From NCBI GenBank assembly GCA_958009085.1, contig OY253672.1:558001-622000 (forward strand): a stretch of DNA of 64,000 bases, read 5' to 3'. The notes beneath the pieces were generated by a model. It had not been told where the DNA came from. It did not search any database and saw only the letters and a program-made list of their open reading frames with translations. The DNA is from Protoeuglena noctilucae (lineage: Eukaryota). Of the stretch, positions 13,546-26,831 are shown in pieces; within the stretch, counting starts at the first letter, position 1; every line of letters starts with the position of its first letter. A program made the position numbers and the translations under genes.

Positions 13546-13722
13546 TATGGCAGGCCGGCATTGGCTGTCTTCATTGAAACGAGCGGGATTGGAACAGCGG
13601 CGGTGCCATTTGAATGGTGGTGGGAACGGCGCATAGGCGGGGTCGGGACGGGCGCCGGCAGCGCTGCGGCGGGCTGGAACGACGACCTGCGCTAGAGAGA
13701 GACGGACGAGGTGCCTGCTACC

Positions 13723-14959
13723 CTACTGTGCGTCCGGCGGGGTGTCGCGATGGAAGACGGCAGCGGGGTTGGGGGGCCGCTGCCGGCTGAGCCCTTCGCC
13801 GCCGTTGCGGAAGAAAGCGCCGTTGATGTCCGTCGGAGACTCCATGCCGCTTGGCCGGAAGGGCTTCGGCGGTGCTCCTGGGTAGTCGTGCTCCTCGACA
13901 ATCAGGGGCGGCTGGCGGAGTAGGACGTCGAAGCCCAAGAGGTGGGGGATGACGTAGCGCGCGAGCTGCGGGTGAAGGCCGGTCGCGATGCGCATGGGAG
14001 ATGGCAGTTGCGGGCTTGGAAGTCACGGCGGGGAAGCAGCTCCCGACCGGGCCGACCCGCACCTCCTTGAAGACGGTGAAGTCGCCGTCCCCGACCGCAA
14101 TCGAGATCTCCTGCTTTTCGTTATCGCGATTCTCGACGAAGTTGAAATAGAAGCCCCGCTGCTCCGCCCGTGGCTGCGAGAAAGGGGGACGGGGAAGTTG
14201 TGCCGCAAGCAGCGCCTCTCCGAGCCTACACGCGAGCGCAGGGAATGCATCGTAGCAGCGACATGGTAAAGGTAACGCAGAAGTGGAAATCGCGGGCCGC
14301 GCGGTCACCAGGGGCCTCAGAGTCAGGGTCTTGGTCTCCCCCGTCTCTGGGGAGTGGATGAAGGACACCGAGCCGTCCAAAGGCAAGTCAATGATCTTGC
14401 CCAGCTCCGACGCAGATAGCGCGAAGTTGACCTGCGGCGGCCGCGGAGAAGGGAGGTCGCGAACTGCCGCACAGCGTGCGCGTCGCGCCCTAAGCCCGCT
14501 AAGCCCCGGCGCACCTTCTCCGGCCACATGTACGACCGCTGCCCATCGACCTCGGTGTCGGCCTTCGCAAACTCCAAGAGCAGCTTCCCCTCCTTCTTCA
14601 TCGCCGTGTACCGGCTCCCATCCCCCTGCGTGACGTGGAACTGCGGCCGCAGGAGCCTGCAGCTCAGCGCCGCCGATTTCCTGTAGATCTGGAACTGGGT
14701 GTACGTGGACCTGCATGCGGGGGACGAGCCCTGCCACCGGTCGCGGGAGAGAAAGCCGCGCTAAGGGGGAAAGTGTTCCCGCCCTTGTCGCGCATGCGCA
14801 CCAGGCCCCGCGATCGCCCTCCGCTCTCGTCGTTGTCGCGCGCCTCGCGCTCACGGCGCGGCCAGGGAACAAGCGGGGGACGCAGACCGAGGACCGCACC
14901 GCCCACGCGGTCTGCAGTGACCGCTGGACGGTGGAGGGGGACAGGAGGACCGTCCTCAT
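13723..14959 (-). CDS. WHY: Whirly ssDNA-binding protein, organelle-targeted, 5 exons
   Basis: Transit-peptide-like MRTVLLSPS..., then YTQFQIYRKSAALSCRLLRPQF, KKEGKLLLEFAKA, RSYMWPEK|VNFALSASELGKII, GFYFNF and GDFTVFKE|LARYVIPHLLGFD. Together these form the Whirly domain signature. Confidence 0.92.
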
Positions 14960-15405
14960 GATGCCCCACCCTGTCCCGGCTTCGCACCAATGACGCAGCG
15001 TCGCCGGCTCGCACGCCTCGTGAGCTGAGGCAGCACTGAGGCACCGAGAAAAGCTGAAGCCAGGCAGGGTCACAAGAAGTGCCAGGCAGGCAGGCGATGA
15101 GTGTACCAAGGGTGCGGAAATGGCCGCACAGGATGGGGAACTCCGTAGTTCAATTGGCACTTAAACGAAGTACCCAGCGCCAGACGTGTCGTGAGGTGCC
15201 CGAGAAGCGACGTCTACCACGCGGAAGCTCCCACGAACTACACATTCCTCATCCACAACTTCTGGGCTATCTTGCGAAGGCGCTGGACTCGGCGACCGCC
15301 TTGCCTTCCGTGCGTTGTTACCCTGGCCTGGCAGAGCGGACGCACGGCTGCCGCCGCCCTCTGCCCTGCTTAGCGGCGCCGCATCGCGTTCTTGTCGTGA
15401 CCAGC

Positions 15406-17866
15406 ATGCCCGCGGCCGAGCCCCGCGAGGTGTCTGTCGTGGCTGTGCGCGACGCAGATGCACAACCTGCGAGCTCCGGGGCCGACTGCAGCCATGGGAA
15501 GAAGATGATACGGGACTGCCCTGCATGCGCTCACAAGGCGGCGATGCAGGAGGCGATGGCCCGGCAAGCCCGGTCGCCCCCGCGGGCTGTCCCCCGGCAG
15601 AACTTCCTCCTTGCCAAGACCAACTTGCGCGCCATCGAGATGCGGGCTCAGGCGGAGCTCCACGAGGTCACCAAGGACAGGATGACCGAGCTGCAGAAGG
15701 CCAACTCGGTTCTGCTGTCGGAGATCGGGAAGGTGCGGGAGGAGGCGGAGTTCACACTGAGCGAGGTCAAGGCGGAGGCAGAGACGGAGATCTGCTCGCT
15801 GCGAGACGCGTTGGCGGATGTGCAGTCGCAACGAGACGCCGAGCACGACGGGCGGCTGACGGCACAGGAGGGACTGCGCCGCCTTGAGGCCGACTTGGCC
15901 GAGACGCGGAGCGCAGGGAAGCGCCTGGACCTCGAGAACCGCTCCCTGAGGTGGGGCCCTGCTTTGAGGGTGGCGGTGTGATGATGGGGGCTGAGCCCGT
16001 GTGAGGTTCTTGACGCGCTGTACTCTCACGTTGTTGCCGCAGGGAGGAGCTGGAGGGCGTCAAGCTGCGGGCGGTGGAGGTCAGCAAGCGCGAGGCGGCG
16101 CTGCAAGGGAAGCTGGAAGAGGCGCGGGCGACCCTGGCGCGGCTGGAGGCGACGGGGCAGACGGACCGGCAGGTCCTGCGGGAGGCGCTGGCGAGGGCGG
16201 AGCAAGCGTCTGAGAAGCTGAAGAGCCTGCGATCGGAGCTGAAGGAGGAGCGGGCCCGGCGGGAGGCGTTGGATGCCGCGTTGGCGCAGAAGGGCAGTTG
16301 CCTGGCGGCCGCGACGCAGCGTGCGGTGGAGGCCGAGGCCCGGGAGGCGGCGGCGGCAGCGCGCCTGCAGGATGCAGAGGCACAGAACGTCATCCTCACG
16401 TGAGCCCTCAGATCCCAGAGCCGCACTGTGGCAGCTCCAAGCTGGGACGAGAGGCTGGCAGGGCTGGCTGGCAGGGCTGGCTCCCTGGTTTCCTCTCTGT
16501 GTCATCCTCTGCCATGTCTGTTGGGTCCCAGCCCCTCGCCCTACTGCGCACTGCGTATTTGACCGACGCAGGGCGCACCTGGCGGAGGCGGTGGCGTCCG
16601 AGGAGGCGACGCGGATGGCACTGCATGCGGCGCTGGAGCGGCAGGACGAGGCCGACCGGGAGGCGACTGCACGGCGGGATGCCACCGCTGCGCTCGAGAG
16701 CGAGCTGGAGGCAGCGAGGGCGGCGGGGCAGGCTGCTCGGGAGGAGGCACAAGCCGCAAGGGCTGAGGCGGGTGTGGCGCGTGCGGAAGCTGCGAGGGAG
16801 AGGGAGGAGCGGCAGCGGGAGCGGGAGGCGACGACGACGGCCCAAGCGGAGGCACGGGCGGCGCGGGACGAGCTGGCCCGGGCGCTGGCCGACCTGGCTG
16901 CAGCACGGGCTGAGAGGGCGTCGGTGGAAGCGGCGCAGAGGTCCCAGGCAGAGGCATCGGAAGCTCTGCGGTGAGGCCCTGCTATGCTGTGCCAGGCTCT
17001 GCCAGATTAGGAAAGATTCTGCATGACACTGTGTTCGTGACGACCACCATCCGCTCCACTGGGCTGGACGCAGGTCCGAGGTGCAGGCATGTCGGGCGGC
17101 CCTGGCCCGGGCGGAGCGGGAGAGGGACGCGGCGGACCGGGCCCGGGTGGAGGCGGAGGCGGGCGTGAGGGAGCTGGAGCGCATCGCGGAGGAAGCGTCC
17201 AGGGCCGTGGATGGCCAGGACGCCAGGCGGGCAGAGGCAGAGCGCGCCCGGGCGGACGCGGAGCGCGCGGTGGAGGCCGGGCGCGCCCGGGAGAGCGCGG
17301 CGGCGCGACGCATCGCCGAGCTGGAGGGGCAGCTACAGGCGAGGGCGGCGGCCGCACGCGGTTGCTTGCTTGCCCGCCTGTGAGTCCCTATGCACTGACC
17401 CAGATGTGTCTTCGTCTGCCCAGGCGAAGAAGACCTCGCTGGCCAGGTACAAGCACGAGAACAGGCTCCTGCTCGAGAGAGTGTCGTCCACCATGACACG
17501 GGGGCCCCAGGTGAGGCAGGGACGCATGCCTGGTGCGAGCATGTCCATCGCCCGCCCTGTGAACACCGCCCATGAAGCACCACCGCCCCTGGACCGCCCC
17601 CGCTCGTTCTCGTGCAGGAGGGCGACGTCGGCCCGGCCCACACCCTGATCGACAAGTACCTGCTGGCCGCGGCGGCTGCGCGCCCTGCGGCGGTGCGGCC
17701 GTCGCACAAGGCCGAGGGGCCGGCGCAGGAGGCGGGAGAGCGGCAGTGGGCCGACCGGTGCGCGGTGCGCGGGCTGTCTAGCTTCGGGAGGGCGAGGGCC
17801 CTGGCCCGGATGGTGGACGCGTGCCACGACGACGACGTGTCGAGCGTGCTGACCGCGGAGCTTTGA
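15406..17866 (+). CDS. Long coiled-coil protein of unknown function, about 7 exons
   Basis: Heptad-rich A/E/R exons joined in frame by GT/GC-AG introns. The N-terminus has CSHGKKMIRDCPACAH. A TGTAA motif (chlorophyte polyA signal) lies at ~18056, downstream of the stop. Confidence 0.7.
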
Positions 17867-18717
17867 AGCGCGGGCAGAGGTGGCGCGGTGGTGCGAGTGT
17901 CGGAATCGCTCGCGTGAGGGCTGAATTGTGGCCTTGGGAGCGCGTTCGCCGCTCCCTGGCACGCGGCACTGCCAGTCCCCGTCCGCCCCGCCGCCCGGGA
18001 AACGCGACGCCGCGGCCGAGGCGACGGCAGAAACAAACGACACAGAGGCCAGCATTGTAATCGGACACATCCAGAGCTTACCGATTGCAGAGCTGCGACC
18101 TCGAGCCCTTATCCAGGGACCCACCAGGTGACGCCCGGGGATCCGGCGCGGGCGCGTTGGCTCTCAATGGGGCGTCAGGGTGCAGAGTGAGCGTTTCGAG
18201 CCCCGGAGCGCGGCCGGGGCTCCGGGCGGGGTCTCTGGCCGCTTCTGGATGGCACCGCGCCCGCGGCGGCCCCCCCGGCGCGCGCGAGGGCCGCGGCGCA
18301 TCTCTCTTGGGCGTTCATGGGGACTCGCCGCGTCGAGGGCCGGCGTTGCGAGCGGGGCGTGCCACCGTGCCCTTGGCATGGGGCTCTCGGCCCGCAGCGC
18401 CCCCCGGGGTCGATGCGTGGCCCGGGTGCCCTTTTCCGTCTGCCACGGCTATAGCGAGGGCTACGGGCGCCGCAGCAGCGGTCGGATGCGGGCCTTGGGG
18501 CACGCGGGGCCTGGGCGTCGATGCGCGCCGGGCGCGCTGCCGTTTCGTCGCCCAGGGGTCCTAATTTTTCCATCGTTTGCCCGATCACCACTCGGATAGC
18601 GTCCGGGGTGCTTCCACGGGGGGGTCGGGGGGTGCCACGTCAACCAGGGGCTCTCGACGAACCTCGCCCGCAGAGGACGGGAACGACCCCGGATCCATCC
18701 AGGCGGTCAAGGAAAGA

Positions 18718-19820
18718 ATGGATGTCAAGGGTTGCACGACCCGTGCGACGAACCACCGCGTCGTCCCCCACGTGGCTGCCGTCAAGGAGGACATGGCCCA
18801 GGACCCCTGCCGCTTCTACTGCCCGTACCCCGGGTGCACGCGCTCCTTCGCCGAGCTGTGGAGGCTCAAGGTACACTACCGCGCCGCGCCCGACGTGCGC
18901 GGCTCCGGCAAGGAGCGCGGCCACGGCATGGAGCTGGGCCAGTGCCCCAAGTGCAACGAGGTGCTCAAGCCCGGCAAGCACCACATCCGATGGTGAGTCT
19001 TCTCCGCTTTCGCCTTGTGCGCCGGTCGGCTGCCCGCCGCGTCGCCGCACCGCCCGCAGAGAGAATCTGGGATGCGCGCTGACGACGCTCCGTTCTCGAC
19101 CGCCCGCAGCTCCGGCGCCGTGAAGAAGACCACCCGGAAGCGGAGCCGGAATGGCGCGGTCAAGAACGCCGCCCTTCTGCCCACCCCGTCGCCCACGTCG
19201 TCGGCGCCCTCCGCCACCATGAGCTCCGGCAAGACGGCCAGCACCCAGCACATGATCGGCTCCGCGTCGCCCATCTACTCGGTCGAGGAGGACTCGCGCT
19301 ACCCCCCTGTTTTCATCGAGAGCTCCATGCACTGCATGCTGCCCCGGCCCGAGGCGCGTGACGGTGAGCGCCTGGCTTTGCTGCGGGCCACGCATCCACT
19401 CCAGCCCCGATGTCCGCGGGTCGTGACCATCCGCCCCGTCCTCCGCCGACCGCAGCCTTCGCGCACGGCCGGACGCCCAAGCGCCCCTGCACGGCGGCCC
19501 TGTCGGGAGGATCGTGCCCGTCCTCCACCGCGACGGTGGCGGGGGACGGCCCGAGCCCTTCCCTCCGCGAGGCCGTCGACGGCCCGTCGCACGCCCAGCC
19601 CGCGCACCAGGCGGACCCCGCGGACGTGGATCTGCGGGGCATGATGCTGCAACTGCAGCACGGCGCCCACGCCGCCGACCTGGACGCGCAGGCCATCGAG
19701 GCTCTCTTCGACGGCTGCAACACCCCGGCGCAAGGCGAGCCGCTCTCCGCCGCCGCGGGGGCGGAGGACATGCACTGGCTCCTGGACATGGACTTCCACG
19801 AGGTCTTCGCCTCCATCTGA
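18718..19820 (+). CDS. CIA5: CIA5/CCM1-like zinc-finger regulator; exons 18718-18992, 19110-19363, 19456-19820 (297 aa)
   Basis: DPCRFYCPYPGCTRSFAELWRLKVHYRAAPDVRGSGKERGHGMELGQCPKCNEVLKPGKHHIRCSG is nearly identical to the Chlamydomonas CCM1/CIA5 zinc-binding domain as I recall it. Confidence 0.92.
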
Positions 19821-20980
19821 GCACCGCCATCGCCACCGCACCGCGGGCCGCCTCCCCGGCGCCCGCCATACCCTACCCGTAAGTCAGCCCCGTTGAGTGG
19901 ATCCGGGAGCTCCCCGACGCGTCCGCCGCGGCGGGCTGGGACGATTTTTCCAGCATGACGGCGCCCTCGCGCCCGATGTCCCAGCTCCCGTGTGCGTTCT
20001 CCGGGATTAGATGACCGCGACGATCCGCGTCGCCGCAGCGCCCTCGCTGCCTAGTCGTGCATTTCGCTGCACTCTCCCCCGTCCCATGGCTGGAGGACCC
20101 TCTCTCAGACTCACGCTTGCTACCGCCCAGGACCTGTGTTTTCGCACCAGTGGTTGCAGCCATGCGCCACGGATGACGGGCGCCGCTCCCGCGGGCCCCG
20201 ATGCGGTGCTGCCGACGAGGTCAGTCATTCCCCACCACGCGCCCCGCAGTTCCTGCATGAGGCCCGATGCGTTTGTGTCGGGCGGATGAGGGGCGTTGAG
20301 GCCATCACGCCGCCCCTGGAACTGCGGGGACGCTTTTCGCAGCTTTGCCTGCTTGCATGTTGCAGTCGTCTCTGCCAGCCGCTACCGCGCGGCCTTTCTG
20401 TATGCTCTGTGGGATGGTCACGCCTCGACTCCCTGCATTGAGAGGCCCAGGCTTTGTGCAGGTCAAGATCTTGGCTTTTTCAGCGACGCTGAGCTCCGGC
20501 GCCGGGCTAGGCAGCCCGGCGAGATGATTGCCCGCTTTTTAGTCTTGTGCCCCCCCCGGGGCTGGCACAGCGCAGCGTGCGGCATGACAACAGTGAGCGC
20601 GGCTCCCGGGCTATGACCACTGGGCGCGAGCGCCCTTTGCGATGCTTTCCGGGGGCCACAGCCGAGCCTTCCTTGGTGGATTGGTGGTGTGGTGGATTGG
20701 TTTGCCTGCCTGCGAGTCGTCGCAGGCTGCGCAGGCCCGAACTTTGCGCTGTCGTTGTGTGCGGCTGCTACTGTACAACTCCTTGCTCTGCCTTGCTCTG
20801 CCTCAAGCATCCAGACAGCACAAGTTGAAATGGAGGAAACCGAACACTGTGTACACCATCTTGAGAGCGACCAAACAGCGCTGTTGAGATGTCGCAACCC
20901 TTCAAGGCGAGGCGAGCCAGCACAGCTGATGCAGCTCGCCAGCAGGGCTTACTACTACTCGGCGGCGCTCACATCCATGC

Positions 20981-21867
20981 CTACTTCTGGCCCTTCTTGC
21001 CGTCCTTCTTGTCGTCCTCTCCCTTCTTCCCCATCCCAAACAGCCTCTTCAGTGCCGTCATGGGGTCCGCCGACTCGTCAGGGTAACCCTCATCCGCGTA
21101 AGGCGCCTGCGCGGGAGTCAAGCACGCACATCGCTTATCGACAGACCCTAGGGCTCCCAGCCATGGCCTGCGCGCTCAAGCAATGCAGACGTCGTGCAGG
21201 GCACCGTCACAGGCAACGACGCCCGGCTTGATGCGTGCTCGGCCAACAGCATGCCCTGGTCCCACACGTGCCAGGGAGGCAGTGACGGTGACCCCCAGGG
21301 CTGCTCCCATGCCCGCCAAGGGAGGCAGTGACATTTGTGTCCCACCAACGCTGCTCCCTCGCCTGCAGGTCGAACCGCTCGCCCTGGTCGTACTTGGGGA
21401 TGCCGAAGGGCGCCAGCGGGACCACGATCCCCGAGTTGCTGTCGTCGCCGTACTGCTCGCGGATCTGCTCGATCGTGCTCTTGCCCCGGCCGGGCAGCTC
21501 GACGTTCTTGCCCTCCTTCCACGCCTTCTTGCGCGCTGCCTTCTCCTCCTGGATGTACTGCGACACCTTGGCGCGCCGCTCGTTCGCGCGCTTCAGGTCT
21601 TCGCCCGTCCGTCGGGCGCGGAGCAGCTCCTGCTGCGCTTGGAAGGCCGCCTCTCGCTCCGCCTCAGCTGCGCTGTCCTTCTTCCTGCGGACGCGCAGGC
21701 AGAGTGCGGCTCCGGGCGCTGAAACTCAGCTCGCAGGGGGTGTATCAGACCCAACTGCGTCTGCGTCACCCGAAGCCGAAGAGCGCCGCGGTCTGCACGC
21801 GCTGCCGGGGGCGTCGGGGTGCTGTGGGTTGGTGGACCCTCGTGAGGACGAACGCGGAGGTCGACAT
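20981..21867 (-). CDS. Hypothetical plastid-targeted protein, 3 exons
   Basis: Transit-peptide-like MSTSAFVLTRVHQPTAPRRPRQRVQTAALFGFG|KKDS, a helical middle, then GIVVPLAPFGIPKYDQGERFDLQ|APYADEGYPDESAD and a Lys-rich tail. Splicing keeps the frame. Confidence 0.75.
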
Positions 21868-22525
21868 GGTACCTGCGAAAAGCAGCAAGGCAGAGATCGT
21901 CGGATTAAGCGGGTCTGCGGTACGAGCCGGCTTGCGGTGCTTCGACGGCGACACACGGGCTCTCCCTGCTGCTCTGCATTCGTCAGGGCCGTTCCCCGCC
22001 CTCGCGACCAGACAGCGCTCGTGGGGTAACGTCGACGCTTGATTAGATGCAACAGATGAACGACGTGCAAAGCTGGGTGGTTGTCATCGCATCAGCGAGC
22101 TCCGGTACCCGCCAATCACTGCCCCATATCAACGCGTTTCCCAGGAGAATGGCGACTTGCGGTCACCTGCAGCAGGCCAGGAAACACGCTTCGGGAGCCG
22201 ATCGGTTCTCAGGATCGCTCAGCGGCTGTCACGGAGGGCCAGGCTCTTTGGGGCTTGACAAAGACCCACGCACACGTCGGTGGTAGCTGCCTGGGGAAGC
22301 GGGGCGGCACGGGCTCACTGCGAGTCGACGCATTGGGAATCTGCTAAGAGGTATGGACCATTCGCGGCATATGTAGCACACCAGACACGCGTTCTGGCTT
22401 GCAGCCAGACTAAGGGACGTGGTTTCAAGTCTCAGAGAGGCAGGAAGGCGAGGGAAAACTGCCGGCTGCATCGACGCGGCGGCATGGGAACGGGCTCACA
22501 AAATCGCCGCCGGAACCTCAGAGGC

Positions 22526-24950
22526 TTAGTGCATCGGCATCACGTCCTCGTCCTTGCGCTCCCCAGGAGGTGCGCCCTGCAGATAGGGCAGCGAGGGAGC
22601 CAGTTGCGGCGAATGCTGGCTGGGCATGGCATGCGGGAGCGCGACAGCGAACTGATTCATCCCCATCGTCCCGAGCGTCCCGTCGGTGCAATCCAGGGCT
22701 CGCTCTCACCGTAAAGGGTCGCGCCAGCCAGGTCCCGAGGGCCGGGAATCGGTCGACGAGCTTGCGTTCGAATTCGAAAGGGCGATTGGGCTCCGCGTCG
22801 TCGAAGTCGACGCCCTGCGCGGATCCGAAGAGCGTGAAGGCGGCCGTCCCCATCACGAAGCACGCGATGGAGGGCACGAAGAGGGAGAGCTCCCAGGAGT
22901 GGGTCTGGTCGAGGATGATGCCGGCGGCCGCCACTCCGATCACGCCGGGGATGGACGCGACGGTGTTGGTCATGCCCAGGAGGATGGAGGCGTAGCGGGG
23001 CGACAGGTCCTGGTGGTTGCAGTAGAGGCCCGCCAACGAGAAGCTGTTGAGCCCGATGGCCACGGAAATGAGCGCGACGGTCGTCATGGGGTCGTCGGTC
23101 CCCAGGGACGCCAGGAGGCACGCGGAGGGGCCCATGAAGGCCATCGTCTGTGCGGCCTTGCGTACGCGGCCCACGGGCCACCCGATCTCCAGGAGCTTGT
23201 CCGCGGAGGAGCCGGCCACGGCCGACGTGACGATGGCCGTGATGGGCGGGATCAGCGACACCTGCGCCGCTTGGGACAGCTCCAGGTGCAGCGTGTCTGG
23301 GGGCGGGGTGGCGGGCACGCACGGTGAGGAAAACCCGAGACAGTAGCATGTTCTAAGTGGTGCGCTAGTGCGACTCGATGACTTGTGCGGAGAAGACACA
23401 GGGCGACGATGCCTTGGCAAAAGGAGATCGCAACGTGAGGCTGGTGGACCTGCCTACCCAGCTCCTGCGATGTCCCTTGGCCCTCACCGGAGAAGTAGGT
23501 GGGGAGCCACGCGAGCATGGAGTAGTGGAACCAGTTGTTGCTGAAGTGGGTGATGGCCAGCGCCCGCAGCGGGGGACACCGCACAAAGGCGCGCCACGGG
23601 ATGCTCCCGGGGCCCTCCTTGGGCTTCTCGAGCACGGCCACTGCAAAGACAAGCAGAGATACGCATCGTATCGATGTCTTAGGCCGCGGCGATGTGCCAA
23701 ACGGGGCACAAGGGCGCAGCTAAGCGACAAAAGAGTGCTGGCATAAGTGTTGCCATGCCGAGTACTCTAGGCTTTATAGCCGCTCTCCCACCGCATGTTG
23801 CAATCCAAGCTTCGCTCACCAGGGTTATCGTCCCCGCCCTCCTCGCGGATGCCCTTGACGAGGTACTCCCACCACAAGACCCACACGAGCCCGGTGAAGC
23901 CGAACAGGTAGAAGACGGACTGCCATCCCAGCGCCTTGATGAGCTCGGGGGCAACGATGAGGCCGGTGATGGAGCCGACCTGGAGCCCGGCGAACACGAA
24001 CGACATCGCCCGGCCGCGCTCGGCGGGGGGCACGGCCTTGGCGACAACGTCGGTGACGGAAGAAGGCGCGACGGCCTCGCCGACGCCCACGAAGGCCCGC
24101 GAGAGGCAGAGGAGGTTGATGGTGGAGGAGCAGAGGGGCACGGCGGCCGTCGCGGCCGACCACACGGCGACCCCTGCGGGCAAGACACGCCGCCCGGAGA
24201 GGCGGTTCACGGCGAAGCCGCCGGGGAGCTGGGATGCCATGTAACCCCAGAAGAAGGAGGACTGGATGAGGCCGGCGACGGTGGGGGACCAGCCGAACTC
24301 CTGGGGAGCACGCGAAGGGCAGGAGTCCAGGGTCTCCTTGGCAGTGGTAGTAACACTTGGCAGCGACCCTGTGCCCGCGAGAGCGAGCTAGTGATGCGCA
24401 CCTTGGCCATGGGGATGATGGCGACGGAGATGTTGACTTTGTCCATGTTGCAGATGACGAAGCAGACACCCATCGCAAAGACCAGCCGGGCCCTGCGGCG
24501 AGGAGAAGCGAGGGCTCGCGAGCTCGAGGACTCGACGTTGACGTCCACGGCATGCGTCTGAAGAGAGCCTCGTCGCTGCGGCGACCCGCAAAAGCTCGTG
24601 CGCCACACGGACCTTGCTGGGAGCTTGCCCCATTGCTCCGCGAGGCTCGATGGCAACCCCCCCGGGGAGGATGTCGACGGCTTCTCGTCCTCTGGAACCG
24701 CGACCGCTTCGAGGACGCGGGACTGCCGCTCCGGCCCCGCCCGCTCATGCACCTGTCGCGGCGTCGTGGCGAGGTCGATGGTCGCATTCGCGGGCTGGTC
24801 GAGTCGCGAGCTCCACCGCAACAGGACTAAAAGGCCAAGATGTGTTCGCACGCAACAAATCACACGGTCTCGGACGCTACGGTGCGCGGGCGACACGCAC
24901 CTCCTCGCCAACACATGACACGGCACCCGAGTCGCCACGGTGGCCCGCAT
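22526..24950 (-). CDS. PHT4: MFS anion/phosphate transporter (PHT4/ANTR, SLC17 family), probably plastidial
   Basis: VCFVICNMDKVNISVAIIPMAK, SQLPGG, LSRAFVGVGEAVAPS, ERGRA, IPWRAF, NNWFHYSMLAWLPTYF and GLYCNHQDLSPRYASILLGMTNT. Confidence 0.93.
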
Positions 24951-25584
24951 CGCCCCGCCGGTCCCCCTGCGCCACGTCTCTTCCATCGACCACGCGCTGG
25001 GCTGGCTGCAAGACCTCCTTGCGCTCCCCCGAGGGACCCGCGGACGTGGCCTCGACGCCACCCCTGCGCCTCGCACTAACCCCGCACGCCGATCTCCAGG
25101 GGCCTGCCGAGCGGACGTGCCCGCGCCGCAGCAACCACGTGCTTCGGAAAGCGACGCCAACGGGCGCCTGCGACGGCCCAGCAACCCCCATCCTCCTCCC
25201 CCTCCCCAAGCAAGAACGTGGACCCGACTCCAAGACCACCTAGGCGACTCTAGCAAAGTTAATGACGCGAGGGCGCTCCCCCAGGCTTCCGCGGAGTCTT
25301 GACTGGCTCGGGCGCTGGTCGGTCACAGCCTGTGTGAGGCGCACGAGAGAGACGGGCCGTGGTTCGCGAATGGATGCGAATGACGACAGTGCGGCGTGGC
25401 AAGGGCGCTGCGGGTAGCCCAGTGCCAGTGAGGGGCATCCCCAGTCCGCCATTTCCCCGCTGCCCAGCCCCTCCCCGATCCATTCGCTAGCGCCTTGAGC
25501 TGTAAAGAGCAGGTTCTGCCACGGACGACCTCGGAAGAGCACGCCGAGGAGGCGGTCGAAGGGAGAGGTCCGCCGGGAGGAGGG

Positions 25585-26363
25585 ATGGCACCGCACATCC
25601 AGTACAGCGAGAAGTATTTCGACGACGTGTACGAGTACAGGTGGGAGCCGGCGCATGGCCACCGCCGGACGCGCCGGAAATACGAAGCCCAGCGCGGGAA
25701 GCCGGACCACGGCCCGCCCACGCGCCCGCAGGCACGTCGTCCTTCCGCAAGACGTCGCCAAGCTGTTGCCGAAGGGTCGTCTGCTGTCGGAGGTGAGCGG
25801 CGCGGCTCGGCTCGGCCGGGAACGGTGGGGAGCTCACAACGGGTGGGTTCGACGCGACGCGCCCCCTTCGCCGGGCTTGAGCGACGGGCGCGATTTTTAA
25901 AGATGCCGTCGGGTGTAGGAGACGGGTTCGCGTCGAGCCAGGGTCGCGAGGGAGCGCGCGAGCTGCCCCCCTCGACCTGGCTGCGCCATGCGGCCCTGCC
26001 CTGATCGAATGCGGACGTTCACGAGCGCTGGTTGTTTCGCTCTCTCGCTCGCGGCCTCCCGCTGCCCCGCTTGCGGCCCCGCGAGGCCGTCCCATTGCGT
26101 GTCCCCCCAGGCGGAGTGGCGGGGCCTCGGCGTGCAGCAATCGCGGGGATGGGTGCACTACGCGATCCACAGGCCTGAGCCACACATCATGCTCTTCAGG
26201 TGCGCACGCGCGCGGGCCGGGGGCCCCGCAGCCAGCACGCACGGCGCTGACTCCTCTTTCGCGCGCCCTTGCCGACCGAATGTCGCGCCGCCCAGGGAGA
26301 GCGCCGCTCCGGAACATCGTTCACGTGCTTTCTCGCAGGCGCCCGCTTAACTACGGTCAGTGA
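25585..26363 (+). CDS. CKS1: Cyclin-dependent kinase regulatory subunit CKS1, 4 exons
   Basis: [76 protein letters not shown]. Confidence 0.97.
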
Positions 26364-26831
26364 GCGGGTCGGGGGGCGGAACTCGGGTCCGTGCTCAAAT
26401 CTCTGGGGACCTGCGGCGCCCGAGGATTAGTAGGCGCTTGCTTCTGCATTGCTGGGGTGTTGGAATGTCATGGAGGCTGGGGTGGACTGTCTACGATGTG
26501 AGATTCGCGTCCAGGGCACGGCGCTGGGGAGCGTGGGGTTGGGGCCAGGGGAGGGGGATAGGGCCGCAGGTCTGAGCCTCCGCTGTGCGGGATAACGGGG
26601 TTCGTCCCTGCAGGCTTCCCGGACCTGTGTCTCCTTGCCCCCGACCGGTGCTTGTTTTGGTCTTTGCTACCGCGCCTGCCCCACAGGGCTGCTGCCCCAG
26701 CGCGACGGCCAATGCCTCTTGAAAGGCTGCTGCACAACTACTAATAGTAGCCGGCGACTGCCAACCAACGAAGAGGTGAGCCAAACAGGTGGCCAGCATA
26801 TGCGCCACGCCACCGGACGGCTATAGATGAA

